NCBI GenBank assembly: GCA_039096225.1
Contig: JBBPEB010000013.1
Span: 1,736,001-1,800,000, forward strand
Reading direction: 5' to 3'
Source: Blastocystis sp. Blastoise
Taxonomy: Eukaryota; Protista; Bigyra: Opalinata
DNA length: 64,000 nucleotides
Below, piece after piece: positions 1-15,067 of this stretch. A program made the translations under genes and the position numbers. The notes under the pieces are model-generated. The model worked only from the letters and a program-made list of their open reading frames with translations. It did no database searches and had not been told where the DNA came from. Positions within the stretch are counted from its first letter, which is position 1; each line of letters begins with the position of its first letter.

Positions 1-109
1 TTTATATTATTATTTTTTTATATTATTTATATTATTTATATTATTTATATTATATATATTATTTTCATTTTATATATTATTCATATTATATATATGATTT
101 CTCTATAGA

Positions 110-2602
110 TAATACCTCAATATTTGCCTTCAATCGACCCTATGTCTTTATTCTTATGGTATATATATAAAGGATATAATTATTTAGAAGAGAAAGACAT
201 ACTAGAAGATAACTATGCTTTTCTTAAAGATATTAGTCAATCTATTGATTCTTTTTCACTTCAAGATATATATAATAATAAGAAGAATATATGTCCATTC
301 GTATCACATGAATATATTATACAATTACTTCTTTGTATTCAATGTGACCCTATATATACACTTCATAATTATGTATATATATATATATTGTATTCTTTAT
401 GAATATATTACATATTTTTTATTACATTAAATATTTTGTTATTTATAGATATATTATATATATTATTATTCAATGAATGTAATTATATATGTTTATTTAT
501 AGTATATTCCAAAGAATAAAGGATCAGTGATGTTTCTAGCATATAAATGTAATAGTTCGGATATAATAGAAACCAATTATAGCATATTAAATGATGACGC
601 TCATACACCCTCTCTTCCTAATGTAATATATATATATATATTATTATTATTATTATTATATTATTATTTTTATTATTGTTTTATTTTTTATATAGATTAC
701 ATTCACCATATATATATAGATATATATATATAGTATTATCATTTTTTCTCAACTAAAAATACACTTGAACCAAATGAAAATGAAAAGATAAAAATGTATA
801 AATATAATAAAAAAATATAGTCTATTCTTATTACTATAGTTGTAATATAATTAATGAAATCAAATCTGGTGAAGATCAACATATATATAATATTTATATA
901 TTTGCATTACTTTATTTTAATCATAATTGTTTCTACAAAGTATATATATATTATATATATTATATATATTATATATAGTCATTCTTCTATAATAATCCAG
1001 ATACTATATATATACTTCCATCAAATTATATTTCTGTGTATTTACCTATTGTATCTTTTTATTATTATTATTATATATATAGTCATTATGTCAATTCTCG
1101 CTACTATTCATCTTATTTACTTTATTATTATCATTATATAAACTCAAATAAAACTATTAATGATATTATTATAAGTGAATTTCTCCATTTAATTTATTGC
1201 TCGATTCGAAGTATATTTATAATTATATAAATATACATATATATATATATATTAGATGCAACTATTGTTTATGAAGAAATATGGATTAATCAAGATATAA
1301 ATAATGTATATATTAAGAATTATTATATATATTATTATAACTCTATTTTTTCTTTATTATATATATTATTTTTTAGTATTTAACAAAATTATTTCAACAA
1401 GAAATGACTCCCAATATTCAGCATTATTCAGCTATAATTCAGTTATTATTAAAAAAACATAAACTCTTTTCTCAGTATTATTTATAAATATATATATATA
1501 TTATGTGTTATACGTATATATAGATTAGATAAAGAACATGAATTAAATGAAAAAGTATTTATATATATATTTATATATATATTAATATAGAATGATTCTC
1601 TTTTTTTACAAAAAACTGACTCAGAATCTATTCAAGGTATTATATATATATACACATATTATATATATATATATATATATATAGATGACTGTATATGTTC
1701 ATTATGTAATAAGAAAGGAGGTCTGTTTGTTATTCCTGTTTATATAAATAACCATAATCAACAAGGTATATATATATATTTATAATATTATATGTAATAC
1801 CATTCTATAGAAACAAATATATTTCAACAAATAGTAAAAAATCATATTCAAAACTTATGTATATATATATATATATATATATTATAATATTTATTTTTTT
1901 ATGTTTAATTTACATATATTATTATATAGGTGACTTGACAACATCTATATACACATCAATTTATACTTTATATAATAGTATATATTATTGTTATCACAAT
2001 TTTGTTGCAGGTGGTAAGTTCATTGATTTTTCAACACAAGTATATATATATATATATATATTTACTTTATATTCTATATTATTTATTAAATATATACATT
2101 TGTTTAGTATATATTATATATTTCATATTATATATAGAGTTGTAATCATCCTATTCATTATAAATGTCTTTTAAAAGTATATTTACGAAAAGGAGTTTCA
2201 ATGGTAAATATATATTATTATTCTTATTATATTTATTATATTATATATTATTATAAGCATTATATATACTTATAATTATTATATATATTACTATATATAT
2301 ATAACTAAAGGATTTTACTACTTCTTGTCCTATATGTGGATGTATATCTAACTTTATGATTCCAATATTTAATAAAGATAGTATATATATATAATATATT
2401 AAACTACTTTATATGTATAAATATGTTAAAGAATTATATCATTATATTAACTATTTATATATATATTATTCAATAATTATACCATAAAAACTAAACTTTA
2501 TTTCTATAGTGTTTTATCATTCAACAACTGAGATTCAAGAAAAAGAAGAGTTAATATATAATAAATATAAACATACTTTTGACGTATATATATTTGAATA
2601 TA

Positions 2603-2633
<31 letters not shown>

Positions 2634-3083
2634 TTAGGATATTAAAAATAGCCATTGGTCATTTTATGGTGTCACTTGCTCTGTATATATAAATTATAAA
2701 TAAGTTATTCTATGTATATATATATATAGAATAATTCAAAAGATATTGATATATATTATCATATGCTTCTTTCTTGTTTTATGCAGAGTAATGTTTTATC
2801 CAAAAATAAACTTTATGTATATTTGTATTTTTTATTTTATTTTATTTATTTTTTATTATATTTATTTATTTATTTATCTTTTTATATATCTTTTTAGATT
2901 TCAACGTTATATGACTTATTTTCGCAATCAATTACTTCAATTGAATTTAATACACGATGTATATATATATGAATAAAACAAAATATATATATATATATAT
3001 AGTAACAACAATAACAAAGAATCAGCAATATTTATTATTATATATACGAAACTTTATGTTTATTTTTCTGAGAATTTATGGAC

Positions 3084-3119
<36 letters not shown>

Positions 3120-6100
3120 TTAGTATAATAATAATACATTGAATAACTAATTTATATCATATAATCTATATATATATATATCTACAATAATATTATATAT
3201 ATAGAGTAGTTACCTTCCATCTCATACTCTTTATCAAACTTCATTTTTACATTTTTATGTATATGATACAAATAGATATACTATTATTAATGGTATAAAT
3301 GATATTGGTAGTACATATAAAGATATGCCTATAACTCAATATCCAGTAAGACATTTTTATACTATTTTAGATTATAAATATACACTTCATTTAAGACTAA
3401 TTGGGAATTTATTAGATTATTATTATTTATGGAATGATAAAACATTATATAATAGAATGAAAGAGAAAGAGAATATTCAGAGAGATCGAGAATTATTATA
3501 TGTTGATGAAAATGAAGTTGCGTTTAAATATATTAATATACCTATAGATGATTATTATGAAGAAGAATATCAACAATATATCCAAGATATGAAGAATAGT
3601 AAAGATATATATTCAGAATATATCAATGAATTATTTGAAATAGGGTATTTTCCATTGTTTTATAAAGATTATAAACCTTCTATTTTTAATAATTATGATT
3701 ATGGATATATATTTGAAAGATATAGATTTAGGTATATATATATACTTCATTGTAGAAATACTATATTAGAACCTGCCCTTCTAAATAATATACGTATTCC
3801 TTATAATGATTTTGATAGTATATATTCACCTTCCTTAGAAATATCTTCTTCAGAAATCGAAAATTATAAATTATCTCATTATATTATAGATGTTGATATA
3901 CAGTCGAGACTGAAAGATGCTGAAATGATGTTTAGATTGAGAGAAAATAATCGAAAAATAGCTTATATAATTATTATTTATTTAATGGAAGAATTATATA
4001 TATATTATGAAGATATATTATGCTATCATAAACAAAGTAATATTCGATATATTTATTTTCTTATAGCTAATATATTCTATATATTACCTGAACGTCCTGA
4101 TGTTTCTTCACTTCCTTATACTATTCCCCGTGAATATACACGATTATATTCTTTATATAAAAAGCCATTAGGATATTATGAAATTATTAAATATTGTTAT
4201 ATTATGGAGGATTTATTATTATTTAAACCATTATTAACTCAAATGACACAAAATTATATGTCTATTTTTTCACAAGAATCTCTCATATCATTGCTTATCA
4301 ATCATTCGAATCATTCCTTTATAAATAATGAAGATAGTATACATAATAAATTATTAAATACAAATAATATTTCCTTTTCTTTTTATTCTTATAGAAATAT
4401 GATGAATATTATGAATACTCCTTCTTTTTCTAATCATAATCCCTATATTGCTTCTTCTATTCATTCAATTCTTTCTTCTTCATTTATAGATATTACAAGT
4501 GAAAATTATTATTATTTTATTTATTTCTATTTAATCATTCTTATTAATATAGAAACTTGTAAATTTACAATTCTCAATGAGCCAGAATATCGTTATAATC
4601 CTGATTATCCAGTTATTTGGAATAAGGAAAAACATGTGAAATCTTCTGATAACAATATAATCTTAAGTAATGAAGAAACCCCATCTAAATCTCATCATAA
4701 TGTATTGAGTAGCATTTCATCACTTTTTAATACACAAAGTTCTTTAAATAATTCTTTCTTTAACGAATTACAATCGTTATTCTTACAACAAGTTCCAAAA
4801 GTATTTACAAAAGAATATATAGAACACTATAAAACACAATTAAGTCCATTTATTCAAATAAGTACGTGTACTGATTTTTTTACAAAAGTGAAACAATTTA
4901 AAGAGAATCAGATATCATCAGACATTTCTCATTATAAACAGCCATTGAATTATTCTTCTATAGAAATATCTTCTGAAAGCATTATTTATTATATGCAGTT
5001 ATTTTTTGAATTATATGGAATAAATAATAATTCTTTAAGTATTTATGAACTTTTATATCAATTATTTACTTCTGAAATCTCTATAAAACAATTATTCATA
5101 TCTTGTTCAATAGATCCATGTATATATATAGTATTATATCATTATTTTTTTTAATGCTTATTTATTTCTTTATATCATTATATGTTTTTATTATTTAATT
5201 AATTATGGTTAATATAATATTAAGAATGTTTATTATATTGTCTAGATATTTCTTTAGATTAATTTACTCTAATTCTCTTCTATCATTTTGTATATATCAT
5301 TATTTATAATCATAAACACCCCAATAAATATAATAATTTATATTATTTTCAATATATATTCTCTATAGTATTTGTGGATTACTTATATACATTAATTGGT
5401 TTTCTTCATAGTTATCAAGAATGTTTTCCTTCTTCAATTCATGCCATTTCTCATTATTCTTTAACATCATTTTCTTCATTAAATGTCTATGATACTCCAT
5501 CCACATATACAGACACAGTAAAACAAGCTAAAATAGTTAATAAATGCTTAGTTAATTATTTAAAAGATTGTTATAGAATGAATCAACCATTTTTATCGAG
5601 TAAAAATTTATATACTTTAGCTCGAAATTCACTTATTATTAAACCTAGAAACATAGCTAAAGAATTCATTGATTATTTATTCTGTCATTTCCCACTTGGA
5701 AATAATGAAGGTAACTCTATTATTTATTTAATATGATTATTTAATGTATATATATATATAGAAATGACTATTTTATTATATAAGCATTTCAAAGAATTAT
5801 ATCCACTTATATATATAAATAATAAATTAATGATTTTATTACAACTAATGATTTTTATTCGATATACGCCATGGTGTATATAGATATTTATTTATTTATT
5901 TATTTATTTATATAATTTATTTATTTTATTATTTTTAGTAAGAATATTTTTTAAGCGAATTCGTCAAAATACAACAAGTAATATATATATATAATAGTCA
6001 CATTATATATAATATATATAGTTGATAAAGATATATCCTATTTCTTTAATTATGCAAAGAAATGGGAAATACGTGATGTATATGTATATGAAGAAATTCC

Positions 6101-7512
6101 ATTTGAAACAGAAGTTACTCACATGATAATACAAAAAGGAGTATGATTAGAATAAATATGTTTATTTTATTGATTATTTATTGAATACTATATATATATA
6201 TATAGATTGAATATACAGTTGAACAATTATCAATTCCTTTCTTGAGAACATTATGTATATATATACATCCATTATTATTTATATATCTTTTATTTAGACT
6301 TATTAAATATTATTCTTTCTCCTTCCTTTTCTCCCTCTATGGATATTTCTATTCCTACCTCCTTCTCTTCTTTATATACATCCTTATCTCTTTCTTCTTC
6401 TCCTTCTCTTTCATCTCTTGTTGAAAGAGACCATTGTGAATATATTATTGAAGAAATTATCAGTGTCATCAACTTTGATGTACTTGAGTATTTATTATAT
6501 TATATTATATTATATTATACACCATTATATACCATTATATATTATTTATTATATACTATTATATCATGTTTAACACCTATATATTTGTTCTATAGTATGT
6601 ATAGTATTCCTGATTATTTCTTTATCCTTAATTTTGATCTAGAATTCAAAGAACATGAATACCCTTTATTAAAACAATTTGTATTATATAATATAATATA
6701 TATATAGTTTTTATTTATTGATTATATATATTATCCTATATAGTTCTATTTAACAGATAAAGAAATCAAAGATATTTCGTTTGAATTTACATGTACTCTG
6801 TGTAATCATAAAAACTATAAAGAAATTTGTGTCTGTGTTGTTTGTGGAAAAAGTGTATATAATTATAATATAATTATATTTATTCTTCATATTTTTTTAT
6901 TGCTTAAAAATAATGTCATCATTGATTGTCAACTATTATGATTTTTAATATATATCCATATCTTATTATATACATTACAATTAATATATATATTCATTTT
7001 AGATATGTTTCTCTATACCAGGCAAACAGGAGTGTATGAAACAATATTTAAATGATAATAATAACTCTTGTCATTGCAGAATTTTTTATCAATTATATAC
7101 AGGAACTATATACTACATTGGAAGAGAGAATTGGTATATAATCATGGGAAACATGTATATATTATATTCTATTATATTATATTATAGTATATTATAGTAT
7201 ATTATATTATATTATATTATATTATATATATTATATTATATTATATATATTATATTATATTTAAAGTATTATAATATATTATATTTAAAGTATTATTTTT
7301 CTATACATAGTTCTATATTTCATGCTTTATATATTAAACATATATATAGTCATGATTTACTTCATTCATTACTATTGAAAGATATTAATATAAAGAATAA
7401 AAGTGAATTAGAATTAAAAGAATTAGCCATTCAAGAAATAACTACTTTATTAAATAGAAATGATATCTGTTTACAAGAGAAATATACGAAGAAAATGTAT
7501 ATGTTAACATAA
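110..7512 (+). CDS. UBR1/N-recognin-like E3 ubiquitin ligase, multi-exon, 5' part outside the window
   Basis: Hand-spliced GT-AG exons give UBR-type RING-H2 pieces (DDCICSLC ... SCNHPIHYKC ... TSCPICGCISNFMIP) and a UBR C-terminal Cys domain (IPFLR ... CTLCNH ... CVCVVCGKS). Stop TAA at 7510-7512. One junction near 5120-5290 is unresolved. Confidence 0.7.
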
Positions 7513-8055
7513 TTTATCTTCTTTATTTCATATACTAATTTTTATATATTCTTTTTTATTCTGTGTTTTTTTTATTAATTTCAATTTATAATTTTTTTTA
7601 ACTTTTCTCTATATATATAAAGAATATCCATTATTTATACTAAATTATCATTTTCTATTTTCACATAATAACTATTTTCATATTCAAAAGAATTGTCATT
7701 TTTTTTATAATTGAATCAGTTTTGTAATATTCATTCAAGAACACAAATAATACTTATATACATAATAAAACAATAGGTTTTATGAAATTATAGTAATAAT
7801 AACATATGTGTTATTATTAATAATAGATATATGTAGTAATAAGAAATGTAGTAAGATAGGCATAATTTCAAAATACATATATATAAAAGAAAATAAAGAA
7901 AAAACATGAATGAATAATGATAAGCAAAACATACTTTATTAAAACACGATAAAGAATGTTGAGAAAAATAATTTTTGAACATTTTAGTATATCATAATAA
8001 TGACTATAATAATAAATATGATAAACACTTAAAGTATTTCTATAATATATATTTA

Positions 8056-9749
8056 TTAGAATATATATTTCTTTGAGATATTATATGCTCTTTGAAACAT
8101 AACAGAAGGTTCATTTTGATGACGTTTTCCGTCCATATGTACATTAATCCAAGGTTTACGATTAGCTATACATGCATTTTGTATTCTATAATGATGTACT
8201 AGCCAAGTTAAACTTGCTTGATCTTGACGATGATTATAAAAATTACTTCCTTCTGGAGAATGACAATGTATATCAAAAGAACATTCTCTCCATAATGGAG
8301 CTATATAATTCCTTATAATAGTATTATTCCAATTTAATCCTGTTACCCCACTACTACAAGGACTTTGTTTATATATATTCAGTATCATTAAAATGAAACC
8401 ATTCTATAGTTTTATTATGTGTATATTGTTTTATAGTACCTCCAGATAATCTACTTTTAAAACCATATTTATAAAGTTCTGAAGTCATATTAAAAAATCC
8501 ATCAATAATTTCATCTCCTGCATCTAGCCACCATCCTTTTCCTTCTGTTTCTTCTAATATATCTACTTGTATAATAGCTTTTGCTGCCATAATTTCAACA
8601 CGTTGACCTTTTTTCATCCAATTATTCATCGATTTCCAATCAACTTTACGATAAAATGAAGGTAAATTAATATTATAAGACTTTCGAATAGTATCAATAA
8701 ATAAAAATATATTCATTAAATGATGCACTTCATCTACAGTTAATCCAAAATCAATAAATATTATAGGAATATCCAAACGTTGTTCAATAATAGAATATAT
8801 TAAATTAATATTTGGTTGAAAATGATTACTTGAAGAACCAGTTATTATATATATATCTTCTTTACCAAATGTATATTTAGGTAATTTTGTAGTTAATACG
8901 CATGAAGGAAATGTTTTTGGAGGAAATTGAACATATTCTATATATATATATATTGTTTATAGAAAGTAATATTAAGTGGAATAATAATAAAACATAATAC
9001 ATTAGTAATATTAACATAAATGATAATAAATAACAATATAATTCATTTAAAAATAATAAGTGGAATAATAATTATTATTATCATATATACTCATTTTTTC
9101 ATTTTGATAGCCTGCGAAATGTAATTTATTATAATCGACAGGTGTTTTTGCTAATATACAATCATTACAAAAGGAATATGTATAGTTTTTATTCTTTTTA
9201 CTTTCTACTTGAGATATAATGTCGTTCATTACATTGATCTCAATATTGACCCTTCTCTTTAAATAAATCAAGAATCCTATATAAAATATATATCATAATG
9301 ACAAATGAAATGTGAATAATTAGATATTTAAATGAAAGTATTGTAGTATCACATACTCTTTTTTGATGAACTAACATAATACTCATTGTTTTCTGCATTT
9401 ACCATAGTTTCTATTCCATTATTCGTAATCACAATTGCATGATTTTGATTATCTAGATGAGTTCAGGTATATAGATGCAAAATTATGAATACTTACTGTC
9501 ACTAACATAGTTTAAAAGTTCATTTGGATAAATATGAAAAACAGAACAAAAAGTCATTACAAAAGTTGGCATGGGTATGTTGCCACCATAATTAGCTAAA
9601 TATTATTCATTAGATTATTATAATACGATATAGATTGTAAATATAATCGAAAACAATTGATAACGAAATGTACTAATGGATAGCAGGACTAAAAACACTG
9701 TTGAAGCAATCCCAATAGATATAACCATAAGGCTTTTGACGGACATCAT
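8056..9749 (-). CDS. DUF1647-like type II membrane protein (putative glycan-modifying enzyme), with an apparent frameshift at ~8375
   Basis: N-terminal hydrophobic anchor (MMSVKSLMVISIGIASTVFLVLLSI) and motifs ITGSSSNHF, FIDFGLT, WWLDAG, NHRQDQASLT. ORFs 8369-8776 and 8056-8388 join out of frame in a (TA)n run. The phases of the 5' exons are not fully resolved. Confidence 0.55.
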
Positions 9750-10078
9750 AATAAATGTATTCCAAATATAAACAAAGATGAAAAAATGAACTCAAAACCT
9801 TTTTAAACTGACATAATCAAGGTTCTATAAAAAGACTCTGCTGGGGTTCAAATTTCCTGCAAGAGTTAGTTTTAAGGGTACTTCTGGCGGCTCTAGGCGT
9901 AGGATAAAAACGTTCTGGGGAAGAGTCTATACCCTGAGAGCCCATGGCGAACCCAGGTCCAAATGAAATACTCGAAAGAAAAAAATGAAAAATTTTTTTA
10001 AAAAAGAAATAAAAACACAATCATATCTATGGGGATTCATAATTCAGTAGTCAAATATCCAAAATTCCCAGAGATATA

Positions 10079-11504
10079 CAATCAGTGCCAAAACCTGACA
10101 ACCCTTATCGTTTTCAATAGTTACGGGGAATTTTTTGACGCGGTTTTTTTTGTTTGAATTGTAATAACATGTAGAATATATTCTAGAAATTTCTAGAATA
10201 TATAATTAGTGGTTTTGGAAAAACAGAAATTTTAATTGGAACACAATTACTCTGAGACCTTTTTTAACCCTTTAAAAATAGTTTTATTCTTTAAAAATAA
10301 GTTGTGTATGGGTAAATACGTCGTTATAACTGAAAGAGAGTTTAGAAAGATGATAAGAGACGGGTACACGGATGAACAGATTGCCATTCATTTTCATTGT
10401 TCGCTTAGAACTGTTGCCCGTAGAAGGTCCCAATACAATATGTCCAAGTCAACTAAGAAAGGTGGAAGACCACAAGTTTTAACTCCTTCTAATTTACGAG
10501 AAATCAATAATATTGTCCCAAAAAGCTCTGAGAACTCTAGCGTTTTATTGGATATCTTCCAAAAGAAAACCGGTACTCATGTCTCAAAAAGGTCCTTTAT
10601 TAGAGGACTCCATGCTGTTGGTTACGTCGCCAAAAAGAAGCTTCATAAACCACTCATATCGGAGAAAAATAGAAAAGTCCGATTGGATTGGTGTTTAAAA
10701 TACCGAAATATGCCAATAAGTTTCTGGGAAAACGTCCTCTGGTCTGACGAGTGTTCTATTAGAACACATCAATCAACCTTTCAAGAATACTATTGGAAGA
10801 AACCTGGTTCTCCAAATAAGCCGTCAGAAATCATTCCAACCATGAAAAACGATGGAAAATCGATTATGATTTGGGGATGTATGACGCAACATGGTGCTGG
10901 TCAAATGGAGGTCCTTGATGGTCATGTGACATCATTAAAGTATGGAGAAACTCTTGGTCGAACTCTTCCGTCAACCGTGGAAAAATTGCAAATTGACCCC
11001 AAAACTATGGTATTCCAACAGGATAATGCTCCTATTCACAAGTCAAAAAAGATGAATAGTTTCTTTAAAACTGCTCAACTTACAGTGATTGATTGGCCTC
11101 CACAGTCCCCAGACCTTAATCCCATTGAACATCTTTGGGTCTATATTAAAAGAAGATTACAAAGAAATTCCCATTGCGGATATACTTTGAGTCAACTAAA
11201 GGTCGAAGTTGACAAGATATGGAGGTCAATACCTGTAAATGTATGTGAAAGGCTTGTTTTATCAATGCCGAAAAGAATTGAGGCAGTAATAGCCAATAAT
11301 GGTGGATTTACAAGATATTAATATTTGTGTTTCAATTCAAAAAAATGGTTTTTTAAATTTTTTTCCATGACGCTTATTTGTTTTGTTTCCCTGTTTTAAT
11401 AGTCAATACAACCTTTGATGACAAATGACTTAATAAAAAAAAAACAAAGAAAAACTCGCCAGTTTAAAAAAAAAACCGAGGTTGTCAGGTTTTGGCACTG
11501 ATTG
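10079..11504 (+). mobile_element. Tc1/mariner-superfamily DNA transposon (DD34E), apparently intact, 1426 bp
   Basis: Perfect 25-bp TIRs CAATCAGTGCCAAAACCTGACAACC (10079-10103 and 11480-11504), flanked by TA at 10077-78 and 11505-06. Encloses an intronless transposase. Confidence 0.95.
10308..11321 (+). CDS. Tc1-family transposase
   Basis: N-terminal HTH region with GGRP linker. Catalytic motifs VLWSDE, FQQDNAPIH and WPPQSPDLNPIE, with 34 residues between the second D and the E. C-terminal GGFTRY. Confidence 0.95.
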   Translation: MGKYVVITEREFRKMIRDGYTDEQIAIHFHCSLRTVARRRSQYNMSKSTKKGGRPQVLTPSNLREINNIVPKSSENSSVLLDIFQKKTGTHVSKRSFIRGLHAVGYVAKKKLHKPLISEKNRKVRLDWCLKYRNMPISFWENVLWSDECSIRTHQSTFQEYYWKKPGSPNKPSEIIPTMKNDGKSIMIWGCMTQHGAGQMEVLDGHVTSLKYGETLGRTLPSTVEKLQIDPKTMVFQQDNAPIHKSKKMNSFFKTAQLTVIDWPPQSPDLNPIEHLWVYIKRRLQRNSHCGYTLSQLKVEVDKIWRSIPVNVCERLVLSMPKRIEAVIANNGGFTRY

Positions 11505-11709
11505 TAATAAGAAAGACAGCTAAAAACACAAAACTATTGATAATCCTGATTATTTTTGAGTCACATTTTGATGAGGCAAAAAATGATACAAATAAAAAAG
11601 AACATTTTTTAATCAATTATTTTCGTCATCATCAAAGATCTAAATCCGTATATTTTAATGTTTTCTGATAAGTTCGAGAATGAAATCTTATTTTTAGATA
11701 CTACTAACT

Positions 11710-14700
11710 ATGTCAAGTTCTTGTACTGACGATTCCAAGTTTTTTATTGATGAAACCTCATTCACTCTTGTATATATTCTCTCAGAGTCATGATGTTGTA
11801 GCGATATCATATTTCAATTTTCTTATATAACTATATTTTTTTAACTATAGATGAATGGAATAGAAAAGTCTGTTAATGATCCAAGAGACATGGATCATTA
11901 TGTTCTAGATAATGGTATCAGAGTTTTTGCAATTCATGATGAGTTATGTGAGCCTTCATTGTGTTCAATTTCCATCGGTGCTGGTTCCTTTCAAGATCCT
12001 GAGGATTGTCCTGGTCTAGCTCATTTCGTTGAAGTATTACTTTATTATTTATTATATATTTACTTTTAGTTTTATGTTTAAAAATATAAAGTAATATTTA
12101 TTATTAAATGTATAGCATCTTTTATTTATGGGAACAGAAAAATATCCAAAACCAGAATCTTACTTAAATTTTCTGGAATCCCACGGGGGAAGTCGAAATG
12201 GAACAACTTCTTCTTTATGTACAAATTTCTTCTTTAATATTATTAATGAGTTTTATGAGGATTGTATTGATCGTTTCTCTTCTTTTTTTAAATGTCCTCT
12301 TTTCGATGAACATTGCATAGAGAAAGAAATTAATGTATATATAGGTTTATTATTATATTTATTATGTATATTTATGTTTATTATGTTTATTATTATTATT
12401 ATATTTATGTTTATTATGTTTATTATGTTGATTATTATTATTATTATTATATTTATGTTTATTTTTTTTTATTTATGTTTATTATGTTTATTATGTTTAT
12501 TGTTGTGTTTATTATTATTATTATTATATTATTATGTTTATATTTATTATGTTTATTATTATTATTATTATTAGTATTATATCTGATTTAAATATTATAT
12601 ATATAGGCTGTAAATAATGAGAATAGTAGAAATATTATGAGTTCTGCACATCTTGCCCGCCAAATATATCGATTGGCGCTAAATCAAAAACATCCTATTT
12701 CTCATTTTTGTATATATATATTTATATATATATACATTTTAAAATATTAAAAATATACTAAACAAAATATTAAAGTATACTATAATTATATATATAGCTA
12801 CGGGTAACAAAGATACCCTCAATATACCAGGGATTCGAGAGCGCGTCATTCAATTTTATAACGATTATTATACGCCAGATAACATGTGCCTCGTGCTCTA
12901 TTCGAATCTATCGTTGGATGAAATAAAACGAATTGCGAAACAGTATTTCGAAGGCATCCAATCACATCCCTGTAAAATACAACCACTAGATGTATGTTAA
13001 TTATTATAAATAGTATTTATTATATGTATTATTTATTATATATTGTTATATATTATTTATATTAATTATTATACATATTGTTTATTATGTATGTTATTGA
13101 TTATTATACTTATTAGTATATATATATAGACTGATGCTGTCCCTGACGATTGTGGTACAAAACTATATCGTTATATACCTATTGGTAATAATAAAGAAGT
13201 ATATATATATATGTATATATGTAATACCATATCTCTAGTTATTCTTAACATGGATGATGCCTCCTCAAGAATACCCTTATTCCCGCGGTTCTTTACAATA
13301 TGTGAGTTTAGTATTAGGTCACGAACATGACAAATCACTAGCTTATTTCCTTAAGGTATATATATATATTAATATTTATATTTTTATATATTTATATTTT
13401 ATTTATATTTATATGTATATATATTTATATATAGCATCAGAATTATATAACAGAACTATATACATCTGTTGGAACGCACATGACATTTGGAACACGATTC
13501 GATATGTCGTTAACGCTCACAGAAAAGGGTTATTCTGATTGGTCAACCATTGTACACTATATATATGAATATGTTCATTACATACAACAGCAAGGACCTC
13601 AAGTATATATATATATTATTAATTATTATTATTATTATCATATATAGGAGTACTTCTATAAAGAGAATCACGCTCTCTCCAACCTCTCCTTCCGATACTA
13701 TCAGAGATCTACTAAATTAAGGTATATATATATATATAATATATATATTATTATAATACTTATTATATATAATATATTAATAAGAATTACTATTATTAAT
13801 ATATATATATAGAACTATTGCTGCTTATTCTTCGGATATGTTGACAACTCCGATTCAATATATACTTCATGAAGATACACTTTTTAGAGAATATAACCGC
13901 GGGGAAATTCAACGACTTTTTGATTATATTACACCTCAACATTGTGTCATGTATATATATACATATATATTTATTTAATAATTCTATTCATGTATATAAT
14001 TATAGGCTTCTTGCGGACCCTCTTTTGGACCCCCAGACCGTTACAATTGAACGATATTTCAAGGGACGCTATCGAATAGACACTATAGAAGGTATATATA
14101 GATAAGCATATTACTATATATATATAACTATATATATATATTATTCTTTAGATTCTCTTCTAGAGAGTTGGTCACGTGCAGCGTTAACTATTCCCCTCAC
14201 CATCCCTCCTCCCAACCCCTATATTCCTACAAACCTCGAAGTCTTAGAGTCTAATTCCCACGGGGATGAAACAATTGCTCCTTCTCTTGTTGTTGATACA
14301 CCTGATGTGCATATGTACCTTAAAAATGAAACGCCTTTTAACGTCCCTAAACTGTGTTTATCTGTGTATCTTCGATCCCCCTATTTACAAGATACTGTTA
14401 AACATATGCTCTTAACGTCATTATGGATAGAGTATATATATATATTATTATATTTTTTATTATTATTATATTTATTACTATTATTTCTAATACATTTTAA
14501 TTGCTATTTTATATAATTTCATTTTAATTATATATATATATAGTGTAGTATGTCGACAATTAGAGAGTACGTTATATTTTGCGGCATGTGCGTCACTGAC
14601 TGCGTCATTCTCATCCTTCTCTATTTATGGTATTACTATTAATATTAATGGGTATATAATTATATATATATTGTATTTTTATCAGTATTGATGGAGATAA

Positions 14701-14834
14701 TTGTATATAACTATATGTATATATAGTTATAATGATCACGTGTCTTTACTTCTTCGAATGATCGTGGAGGCCCTCCGATCCCCCTTTATCCCCCAATCAG
14801 AATTAAAAGATCTCGTGGAACAACAAGCTGATCA

Positions 14835-14896
<62 letters not shown>

Positions 14897-14996
14897 CAAT
14901 TGTTAATATATTCATGTATAGTTTGCGCATGTGTATCGTTACAGGAATAGCCAATCAAATCAATGAACTTGTTTTTCATGTTTTCTATGGATATCC

Positions 14997-15067
<71 letters not shown>

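Noticed and set aside
696-733. Possible micro-exon followed by an AT-AG mini-intron in the UBR gene
   Set aside because: A single canonical GT-AG intron skipping it keeps the frame.
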